Assembly: GCA_964016885.1 (NCBI GenBank)
Contig: OZ024740.1
Coordinates: 3,658,001-3,722,000 of the forward strand
Direction of reading: 5' to 3'
Source: Eledone cirrhosa
Lineage: Eukaryota
Length of the DNA: 64,000 nucleotides
Made by a program: the position numbers and the translations under genes. Below, piece after piece: positions 14,041 to 24,600 of the stretch. The stretch's first letter is position 1. Every line of letters begins with the position of its first letter. The notes under the pieces are model-generated. The model saw only the letters and a program-made list of their open reading frames with translations, did no database searches and was not told the origin of the DNA.

Positions 14041-14106
14041 TATTTTATCTGATGAAAGCGCACCATAATTTGCCTTTGTCGCCCTTGAAATATATATAAT
14101 AAAATA
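14041..14106 (+). ncRNA. Minimal hammerhead ribozyme within a ~250 bp (TA)n-flanked relic (13895-14148)
   Basis: tattttat-CTGATGA-aagcgc..gccctt-GAAA-tatata-TA-ataaaata; 8 bp helix I. Confidence 0.7.
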
Positions 14107-14144
14107 AATATTGTTTTATAAATATAGTTTCCATTTATTAATAT

Positions 14145-14204
<60 letters not shown>

Positions 14205-14289
14205 AATGATCGACTTTCGTCAAATCGGACGAGGAAACAATGCTTCCGTTGGTCTTTCCAATTGGTAATACTATCTATCGGTCACAACC

Positions 14290-14390
14290 CCTGATAGAAA
14301 GAGCAACGTGAAATAAAGTGTCTTGCTCAAGGACATAAAACATCACCCGGTTGCGAATGCAATTCTAACCACTCAGCCACACGCCCTCAC
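14290..14390 (-). mobile_element. Degenerate tRNA/CORE-like SINE head
   Basis: gtgaaataaagtgtcttgctcaagga and ctaaccactcagccac are shared with the 14491 family. Confidence 0.6.
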
Positions 14391-14394
14391 AAAT

Positions 14395-14859
<465 letters not shown>

Positions 14860-14866
14860 GACAAAA

Positions 14867-14921
<55 letters not shown>

Positions 14922-14954
14922 GGGAGAGAAAGAGAGTGAGATATATACATATAT

Positions 14955-15410
14955 TACTTTCCCATATCTTAAATTAATAAAAACAATGAATAAAAACAAA
15001 GAACAAGTTCCTTATATTAAAAAATTCATCATTTTACGATCGTTTCTAGGATATATATGTGTGCTGGTATGTATATCATATAGATCTATGTAAAAATATT
15101 ACAAACTATCAGAGGAAATATACATACCTTCACATATATATGCTGTCTTCAGAAATAATATCATTTCAGAAATGATATCATCTCAGAAATGATATCATTT
15201 CTGAAGACAGCATATATATGTGAAGGTATGTATATTTCCTCTGATAGTTTGTAATATTTTTATATAGATCTATATGATATACATACCAGCACACATATAT
15301 ATCCTAGAAACGATCGTAAAATGATGAATTTTTTAATATAAGGAACTTGTTCTTTGTTTTTATTCATTGTTTTTATTAAGTTAATATATGGGAAAGATAT
15401 GGGAAAATAA

Positions 15411-15412
<2 letters not shown>
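14955..15412. mobile_element. Fold-back Penelope-like relic with ~210 bp arms
   Basis: Reverse-complement arms around a triplicated ~17 bp centre; (TA)n flanks. Confidence 0.8.
15194..15325 (+). ncRNA. Hammerhead ribozyme with ~100 nt extended helix II (mirror copy ~15025-15160, minus strand)
   Basis: atcattt-CTGAAGA-..atatatatgtg..ggtatgtatat / atatacatacc..cacatatatat..-GAAA-CGATCG-TA-aaatgat. Confidence 0.75.
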
Positions 15413-15492
<80 letters not shown>

Positions 15493-15493
<1 letters not shown>

Positions 15494-16520
15494 CATCATC
15501 ATCATCATCATCGTTTAACGTCCATCTTCCACGCTTGCATGGGTTTGGACGGGAGTTTTCCCACTTGAGGCAAGAGTGGTTGTCTTGCTCACATAGGACT
15601 GTCTGGCGGGTTTTCTACGGATGGATGCCCTTCCTAACACCAACCACATTTACAGTGTGGAACTGGAAGGTTTTTACCGTGTTACCTACACGGCCACATT
15701 ACAGCGTGGACTGTGTGTCTTTTTGTTGTGACACCCACACGACCTCATTTGTTTCGGGCTGGATGTTGTGGTACCAACATAACTTTACATTGAAAGGGGT
15801 GGTGTGGATGGGGTGGGGGTAGTGGGACGGGGGTGTATTTTGTTAGAGGTGCCTACTGACTGTAGTAGGTTTCACTTTGCACTTAGGTAAGGCGGGTCTT
15901 CTCTATTACTGTGTAGCGCCAAAGATCTCGGTCCAGTGACATTGTCTTGGAGAGGTGTAAGTGTGTGAGGTCGGAATTTATCAAGTCGTCCCAGGCTTTT
16001 CTGTGTCTGCCTACTCCGTGGCTACCGTCTATTTTTATGCACTTTTTTATATAGCTGTCGTCTTTCATGCGCATCACGTGACCATACCAACGTAGTCTTC
16101 TCTCGAGTAAACAACATCTGATCCCTCTTATTTCTAATTTTTCCCTTAGTTCGTTTATGCTTTGCCGTTCACGTATATTACTATTACACATCCAGCGGAG
16201 CATGCAAGCTTTGTTTCTCTCCAGTCTGCGTATATCCTCTGCACACAATGCCCAGGTCTCACTGCCATGTAACATTGCTGTTCGTATGCAGGCATCATAC
16301 AGCCTGCCTTTCATTTTTAGAGAGAACCCTTTAGCGGCCAATAGTGGTATAAGCTCTCTGAACTTTTTCCATCCCGTTCTGACTCTGGCTACTGTACTTT
16401 CAGAGCACCCTCCCCCACTGCTGATTTTGTCACCCAGGTAACAGAAGCTGTCCACTATTTCTATAGAACCATCTGTGCAATGGAATGAGTTAGTATTCTG
16501 TGGGCACTTGCTGCTACTTT
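15493..16520 (-). mobile_element. RTE family A 3' fragment
   Basis: DSFCYLGD..MLHGSETW..RLRWYGHV; 3'UTR and tail as at 8861. Confidence 0.95.
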
Positions 16521-16724
16521 ATATATCATATATATATATATATTTATATATATATATATTTACACACATATACATGAATACACATACAGATATATACACA
16601 ATTGTATACATGGAAATTCTCATTCACATAGACATATGAGCAATTACATACAAACAAATGCATGCATGTACACAGCATCATCATCACCATCATCAATTTT
16701 ACACCTGCTATTTCATCATGTTTA

Positions 16725-17685
16725 ATAATAATTAAAATTATTATATACAGTGCTCAGGTGCACTACAATTCATCAAAGGTGCATGTATAGTACATAGAAT
16801 AATGTACAAATGTCAGGAAAGTGAACAGTGTATGAGTCATGATATACACACAGATACATGCGTGTGTATGGAGGGGGGGGGGGATATCAGGTGTAGTGTT
16901 GGCAAATCTCAGGAAGCATGGAGGTTTTAAAGGATGCAGTATTTCGACAGCTAACAACTGATGCAGGGAGTTTATTCCATGGAGGTTTTAAAGGATGCAG
17001 TGTCTCAACAGCTAACAACTGATGCAGGTAGTTTGTTCCATGGAGGTTTTTAAGGATGCAGTGTCTCGACAGCTAACAACTGATGCAGGGAGTTTATTCC
17101 ATGGAGGTTTTAAAGGATGCAGTGTCTTGACAGCTAACAACTGATGCAGGGAGTTTGTTCCATGGAGGTTTTAAAGGATGCAGTGTCTCAACAGCTAACA
17201 ACTGATGCAGGGAGTTTGTTCCATGGAGGTTTTAAAGGATGCAGTGTCTTGACAGCTAACAACTGATGCAGGTAGTTTGTTCCATGGAGGTTTTTAAGGA
17301 TGCAGTGTCTCGACAGCTAACAACTGATGCAGGTAGTTTGTTCCATGGAGGTTTTAAAGGATGCAGTGTCTTGACAGCTAACAACTGATGCAGGGAGTTT
17401 GTTCCATGGAGGTTTTAAAGGATGCAGTGCCTCAACAGCTAACAACTGATGCAGGGAGTTTGTTCCATGGAGGTTTTAAAGGATGCAGTGTCTTGACAGC
17501 TAACAACTGATGCAGGGAGTTTGTTCCATGGAGGTTTTAAAGGATGCAGTTCTTGACAGCTAACAACTGATGCAGGTAGTTTGTTCCATGTTTCAGCAAC
17601 ACTGAGCGTGAAAACATGTTTCCAAAAGTCATGGGAGCTGTACTGTTTTCTGATTCTGTAGGCATGTGCATGGGTGTTAGAAAAT
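16725..17685 (-). mobile_element. CR1 3' fragment with internal tandem expansion
   Basis: Homologous to 12500-12980. Confidence 0.85.
16917..17590. repeat. 61 bp minisatellite, ~11 copies, derived from CR1 coding sequence
   Basis: Unit catggaggttttaaaggatgcagtgtct..gtttgttc. Confidence 0.95.
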
Positions 17686-17689
17686 ACAG

Positions 17690-17900
17690 ATGCATGGAAT
17701 GGGGAAGTCTTCTCCTGTACAACCCCCCCCCCCCCCCCCTTCCCTTCTAACATTCCTATCTCTTTTGTTAGGTTCACTGTCCTCAGGTCAGTTCTCATCA
17801 CTTCTGTCCAGGTATTTATTGGGCTTCTGTAGCTACCTTCCACTTGGAGCTCCTGGTACTTCTTTATCAAACAATCACACTGTATCTCCATTAGGGTTTG
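17690..17900 (-). mobile_element. Old RTE 3' remnant
   Basis: VEGS..TWTEVMRTDLR..LTKE similarity. Confidence 0.55.
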
Positions 17901-18002
17901 CTTAACTATGTTATAAGTTCCCTACTAATTTGTTAGAGTAAGTATTAAACATGAGAGTAAACATATATTACAGTAATTATGACATATGAACCGAGGATGT
18001 CA

Positions 18003-18218
18003 TTAATCCTTTAGCATTTAAACCAGCCATATCCAGCCAGAATTCTCTCAACTATTTCTGTTCAAACCAGTTGTAACCGGCCGTACATACTGATGTTAAG
18101 TTATTGTTCTCAAAATAAATTATATCAAAATCTCATAGATTCGATATTATGTGAGATGAAGTCTTTACCATGGAAATATGATAGCATATACAGAGTAATA
18201 TCAATGTTAAAGAGTTAA
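18003..18218 (+). mobile_element. piggyBac-like MITE
   Basis: TTAA-tcctttagcatt ... aatgttaaagag-TTAA; second inverted copy at ~20514-20790. Confidence 0.6.
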
Positions 18219-18499
18219 TGTCTATTTTCCATGCTTGCAATGAATTAGATTATCAAACATGTTGAGGCTAGACTGGTCAGGTGACCACATCTTACTTTTA
18301 TGCCCCATTTTTGGTTTGATTTCTATGGCTGGCTGTCCCACCTTATGCCAACTACTTTAACCACATACAAATATGAAAACAGTTTCATGTGGCAACACAA
18401 CTGAAACTTCAAAGTTACTGCCAGCCTTTAAAATAAATAAGAAACAGACTAAAACCCTGTGTACATGTATTGAGTGTTACTTCAATAAAAGTTTGGCAG

Positions 18500-19050
18500 T
18501 ACTATATATGTGTGTATATAATACCCCCTTTAAGATCCCTAGTTGTATGTATGAGGGAGACACAGCCTCCTCATTATAACTCACTTCTCACTATATATTT
18601 AGGTGTGTGTATAATACCCCCTTTAAGATCCCTAGTTTTATGTATGAGGGAGACACAGCCTCCTCATTATAACTCACTTCTCACTATATATTTATGTGTG
18701 TGTATAAACCCCCTTTAAGATCCCTAGTTTTATGTATGAGGGAGACACAGCCTCTTCATTATAACTCACTTCTCACTATATATTTATGTGTGTGTATAAA
18801 CCCCCTTTAAGATCCCTAGTTTTAGGTATGAGGGAGACACAGCCTCCTCATTATAACTCACTTCTCACTATATATTTATGTGTGTGTATAAACCCCCTTT
18901 AAGATCCCTAGTTTTAGGTATGAGGGAGACACAGCCTCCTCATTATAACTCACTTCTCACTATATATTTATGTGTGTGTATAAACCCCCTTTAAGATCCC
19001 TAGTTTTAGGTATGAGGGAGACACATTATAACTCACTTCACTTCTCACTA
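18500..19050. repeat. ~92 bp minisatellite, ~6 copies
   Basis: taagatccctag recurs at 18531, 18624, 18716, 18808, 18900 and 18992. Confidence 0.95.
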
Positions 19051-19129
19051 CTGCTACTATTTCAAATACTTCTACATATTTTAAGTGGTAGACCCAACAT
19101 AACTGGTATCAACACCTACCATCACCTCT

Positions 19130-19775
19130 ATCTTGTCCCTGGGTGGTTTTATAGCAGAGGTCTGCATTTTGTTGTAAGCCTTCACACCAGTTCAGGCCCC
19201 ATCCTACATCCAATTCCTCTTATGCCAAGTGTTTCTCAGTTTACCTATGCTATGTCCTTCATGCACACCAACATTAAAGATTCATCGGAGCATACTCGAT
19301 TCATTTCTTTCTAGCTTCTGGATATCTTCTGTGGTCAACACCCATGTTTCATTGCCTTGTAACATTGCATTTTATACACAGACATCATACAGTGAATCCC
19401 TTTGTTGGCAGCAGAGGTATCAGCTACCTAATTGTCTTCTAGCCTGTTCTTATCCTGGTTATCTCACTTTCAGAGCACCTACCTCCACTGCTGATTTGGT
19501 CAGCTACATAACATAAGCTGCTAACTTCTAAGGAGCCACCTTAGCAATTGAACGATTCTATTTTACATGTGCTCTTAGTGCTTCTCTTGTCAGTCTGCCA
19601 TATAATGTGTCTATCTCCATCGACCTGCCTGCAATCCCGTTACATCTCTTATGCATCAATAAATTGCACTGTGTGAACCTTATCAAATTTCTGTCCACCC
19701 CTATCTGACATATTGAACAAGGCCACTTCCCAGATGATATCACCCCCCTGTCCTCTTTTAAGACTTTTGTGTTTT
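19130..19775 (-). mobile_element. Highly degraded RTE fragment
   Basis: SGKWPCSICQ..MHKRCNGI and decayed downstream RT motifs. Confidence 0.75.
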
Positions 19776-20171
19776 CAGCTGAGCAGTGAAGAAACAACAC
19801 CTAAGCCTGCCAGTTAGTATATCACATATGAATAATTTACATCATCAATGTTTATGCAAGTAAAAACTGCCTGCTGACATCGTATCTGAGTATTAAATAA
19901 CAGATACCATTGAAATATGTATAACAGTGATTACATAATAAATAGAATATGGGGAAATTCAAACATACAGCCTTCTAATTCATTACTATATCAACACTCT
20001 ATTATACACACAACTACAGATAATATAATGGTGGAGCTATATTATGTTGAGTACTCAATGCTGTTTACACTAATATTTATTGATATATACCTGCAACTAA
20101 CAATGGATTAATTACATGACATCCTATAATATATATCAAACTCTCTACCCACACAAAATAGTTTCTCACAC

Positions 20172-20513
20172 TGGTACATGCTGAAGCATATAAACCATGG
20201 GTACATGCTGAAGCATATAAACAATATGCCCCCCCCCCCCACCGCAAGGTGGTCGTGGAGGTGCCACGGCAAAAAAGCACCCAGCCCACACTGTAAAGTG
20301 GACGTGTAGGCGCCACGAAAAAGCACCCAGCACTCACTGTAAATGAGGTTGGTGTTAGGAAGGGCATCCAGCTGTAGAAATCAAGCCAGATCAGTTCCTG
20401 TATGAGCAAGGCATGGTCAGCCGACCAGACACTGCCCACAACAGGACAACCCGTCTAACCCATGCTAGCGTGGAAGAACGGACGTAAAACGGTGATGATG
20501 ATGATGATGATGA
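20172..20513 (+). mobile_element. RTE family B 3'UTR/tail
   Basis: Matches 53700-54020; (GAT)n tail. Confidence 0.9.
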
Positions 20514-20790
20514 CACTCTTTAATATATCAGTGAGAAATCTGCCTTCCTTTCGCTGCTTTCTTAACCTTTTACTATTCACATTACTCTATATTTACTATT
20601 GTATTTTCACAGTAAAGTCTTTAATTCATATAATTATCTCATATAATATTGAATCTATGAGATTTTGATATTATTTATTTTGAGAACAATACTTTAACAT
20701 CAGTATGAGGGGCCAGTTACAGCCAGTTTAAACTGAAAAAGGTGAGTGAATTCTGGCCGGATATGGACAGTTTAAATGCTAAAGAGTTAA
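20514..20790 (-). mobile_element. piggyBac-like MITE, second copy
   Basis: 20635-20790 is the reverse complement of ~18003-18160 and ends in aaagagTTAA. Confidence 0.6.
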
Positions 20791-20889
20791 TGATTCCAGC
20801 TTAATTAAAGCATTGAGTGAGTGGGAATACAATCGAAGGTACATTGGTCCTATCTGATGACTTCGTTTCAGTATTATTATATATCCACT

Positions 20890-21025
20890 TCCATCATCAC
20901 TACCACCACAACCACCATCACCACCATCATACCTACGACCACCACCACCACCACCACAACCATCATAGCTACAACCACCAACACCCCCACATCACCCCCA
21001 CCCCCACATCACCCCCAACCACCTT
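20890..21025. repeat. (CAC/CAT)n low complexity
   Basis: Direct reading. Confidence 0.85.
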
Positions 21026-21096
21026 CTCCTATTCTCCAAATCCATGTGATACAATCCCACCATCTAAAGGTCAACATATAATATCCACATCAATGG

Positions 21097-21600
21097 AGCA
21101 GTGATGGTGGTGGTGATGTTAGAGGGGCAGTGATGGTGGTGGTGATGTTAGAGGGGCAGTGATGGTGGTGGTGGTGTTAGAGGGGCAGTGATGGTGGTGG
21201 TGGTGGTGATGTTACAGGGGCAGTGATAGTGGTGGTGGTGGTGATGTTAGAGGGGCAGTGATGGTGGTGGTGGTGTTAGAGGGGCAGTGATGGTGGTGGT
21301 GATGTTAGAGGGGCAGTGATGGTGGTGGTGGTGTTAGAGGGGCAGTGATGGTGGTGGTGGTGTTAGAGGGGCAGTGATGGTGGTGGTGGTGGTGATGTTA
21401 CAGGGGCAGTGATAGTGGTGGTGGTGGTGATGTTAGAGGGGAGCAGTGATGGTGGTGGTGGTGATGTTAGAGGGGCAGTGATGGTGGTGGTGGTGGTGGT
21501 GATGTTAGAGGGGCAGTGGTGGTGGTGGTGGTGGTGATGTTAGAGGGGCAGTGGTGGTGGTGGTGGTGGTGGTGGTGATGTTAGAGGGGCAGTGATGGTG
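21097..21600. repeat. Variable-length (~27-39 bp) minisatellite GTTAGAGGGGCAGTGAT(GGT)n
   Basis: About 16 units. Confidence 0.95.
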
Positions 21601-24600
21601 GTATAGGTGGTGTTGGTGGTATTGCAGGTGTAGGTGGTGTTGGTGGTGTAGGTGGTGTTGGTGGTGTGGGTGGTGTGGGTGGTGTTGGTGGTTTTGGTGG
21701 TGTAGGTGGCGTTGGTGGTGTTAGTGGTGTAGGTGGTGTAGGTGGTATTGCAGGTGTAGGTGGTGTTGGTGGTGTAGGTGGTGTTGGTGGTGTGGGTGGT
21801 GTGGGTGGTGTTGGTGGTTTTGGTGGTGTAGGTGGCGTTGGTGGTGTTAGTGGTGTAGGTGGTGTAGGTGGTGTAGGTGGTGTAGGTGGTGTGGGTGGTG
21901 TTGGTGGTGTTAGTGGTGTAGGTGGTGTTGGTGGTGTTGGTGGTGTTGGTGGTGTAGGTGGTGTGGGTGGTGTTGGTGGTGTTGGTGGTGTTGGTGGTGT
22001 TGGTGGTGTTGGTGGTGTAGGTGGTTTTGGTGGTGTGGGTGGTGTTGGTGGTGTAGGTGGTGTTGGTGGTGTAGGTGGTGCTGGTGGTGTAGGTGGTGTT
22101 GGTGGTGTGGGTGGTGTAGGTGGTGTGGGTGGTGTTGGTGGTGTAGGTGGTGTTGGTGGTGTAGGTGGTGTTGGTGGTGTTGGTGGTGTAGGTGGTGTTG
22201 GTGGTGTTGGTGGTGTTGGTGGTGTAGGTGGCGTTGGTGGTGTTGGTGGTGTAGGTGGTGTGGGTGGTGTTGGTGGTGTTGGTGGTGTTGGTGGTGTTGG
22301 TGGTGTTGGTGGTGTAGGTGGTTTTGGTGGTGTGGGTGGTGTTGGTGGTGTAGGTGGTGTTGGTGGTGTAGGTGGTGCTGGTGGTGTAGGTGGTGTTGGT
22401 GGTGTGGGTGGTGTAGGTGGTGTGGGTGGTGTTGGTGGTGTAGGTGGTGTTGGTGGTGTAGGTGGTGTTGGTGGTGTTGGTGGTGTAGGTGGTGTTGGTG
22501 GTGTTGGTGGTGTTGGTGGTGTAGGTGGCGTTGGTGGTGTTAGTGGTGTAGGTGGTGTGGGTGGTGTAGGTGGTTTTGGTGGTGTGGGTGGTGTTGGTGG
22601 TGTTAGTGGTGTAGGTGGTGTAGGTGGTGTGGGTGGTGTTGGTGGTGCTGGTGGTGTAGGTGGTGTTGGTGGTGTAGGTGGTGTAGGTGGTGTAGGTGGT
22701 GTAGGTGGTGTAGGTGGTGTGGGTGGTGTTGGTGGTGTTGGTGGTGTTAGTGGTGTTGGTGGTGTTGGTGGTGTAGGTGGTGTTGGTGGTGTAGGTGGTG
22801 TTGGTGGTGTAGGTGGTGTAGGTGGCGTTGGTGGTGTAGGTGGTGTTGGTGGTGTGGGTGGTGTAGGTGGTGTAGGTGGTGTAGGTGGTGTGGGTGGTGT
22901 TGGTGGTGTAGGTGGTGTAGGTGGTGTGGGTGGTGTTGGTGGTGTGGGTGGTGTTGGTGGTGTAGGTGGTGTTGGTGGTGTAGGTGGTGTTGGTGGTGTG
23001 GGTGGTGTTGGTGGTGTAGGTGGTGTAGGTGGTGTTGGGGGTGCAGGTGGTGTTGGTGGTGTAGGTGGTGTGGGTGGTGTTGGTGGTGTAGGTGGTTTTG
23101 GTGGTGTGGGTGGTGTTGGTGGTGTGGGTGGTGTTGGTGGTGTAGGTGGTTTTGGTGGTGTGGGTGGTGTAGGTGGTGTTGGTGGTGTTGGTGGTGTAGG
23201 TGGTGTAGGTGGCGTTGGTGGTGTAGGTGGTGTGGGTGGTGTTGGTGGTGTTGGTGGTGTACGTGGTGTGGGTGGTGTTGGTGGTGTAGGTGGTTTTGGT
23301 GGTGTGCGTGGTGTAGGTGGTGTTGGTGGTGTAGGTGGTGTAGGTGGCGTTGGTGGTGTAGGTGGTGTGGGTGGTGTTGGTGGTGTAGGTGGTGTAGGTG
23401 GTGTTGGTGGTGTTGGTGGTGTAGGTGGTGTTGGTGTTGTAGGTGGTGTTGGTGGTGTTGGTGGTGTAGGTGGTGTTGGTGGTGTAGGTGGTGTAGGTGG
23501 TGTAGGTGGTGTAGGTGGTGTAGGTGGTGTAGGTGGTGTGGGTGGTGTTGGTGGTGTTGGTGGTGTTGGTGTTGTAGGTGGGGTAGGTGGTGTTGGTGGT
23601 GTTGGTGGTGTAGGAGGTGTAGGTGGTGTGGGTGGTGTTGGTGGTGTAGGTGGTGTGGGTGGTGTTGGTGGTGTAGGTGGTGTTAGTGGTGTTGGTGGTG
23701 TAGGTGGTGTAGGTGGTGTGGGTGGTGTTGGTGGTGTAGGTGGTGTAGGTGGTGTTGGTGGTGTTGGTGGTGTGGGTGGTGTTGGTGGTGTTGGTGGTGT
23801 AGGTGGTGTTGGTGGTGTTAGTGGTGTAGGTGGTGTAGGTGGTGTAGGTGGTGTTGGTGGTGTGGGTGGTGTTGGTGGTGTAGGTGGTGTTGGTGTTGTA
23901 GGTGGGGTAGGTGGTGTGGGTGGTGTTGGTGGTGTAGGTGGTGTTGGTGTTGTAGGTGGTGTGGGTGGTGTTGGTGGTGTAGGTGGTGTAGGTGGTGTTG
24001 GTGGTGTTGGTGGTGTGGGTGGTGTAGGTGGTGTTGGTGGTGTAGGTGGTGTAGGTGGTGTAGGTGGTGTTGGTGGTGTTGGTGGTGTAGGTGGTGTAGG
24101 TGGTGTTGGTGGTGTTGGTGGTGTGGGTGGTGTAGGTGGTGTTGGTGTTGTAGGTGGTGTTGGTGGTGTAGGTGGTGTAGGTGGTGTTGGTGGTGTAGGT
24201 GGTGTTGGTGGTGTAGGTGGTGTGGGTGGTGTAGGTGGTGTAGGTGGTGTAGGTGGTGTGGGTGGTGTTGGTGGTGTAGGTGGTGTAGGTGGTGTTGGTG
24301 GTGTTGGTGTAGGTGGTGTTGGTGTTGTAGGTGGTGTTGGTGGTGTAGGTGGTGTAGGTGGTGTTGGTGGTGTTGGTGGTGTGGGTGGTGTTGGTGGTGT
24401 AGGTGGTGTTGGTGTTGTAGGTGGTGTAGGTGGTGTAGGTGGTGTGGGTGGTGTTGGTGGTGTAGGTGGTGTGGGTGGTGTTGGTGGTGTAGGTGGTGTT
24501 GGTGGTGTAGGTGGTGTTGGTGGTGTTGGTGGTGTAGGTGGTGTGGGTGGTGTAGGTGGTGTAGGTGGTGTGGGTGGTGTTGGTGGTGTTGGTGGTGTTG

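Noticed and set aside
18500-19050. CRISPR-like array (also considered for 16917, 41748 and 54070)
   Set aside because: Head-to-tail units without unique spacers, no cas genes, eukaryotic context
21097-21600. Telomeric repeat (TTAGAGGGG)
   Set aside because: No tandem TTAGGG; the resemblance is limited to one motif per unit
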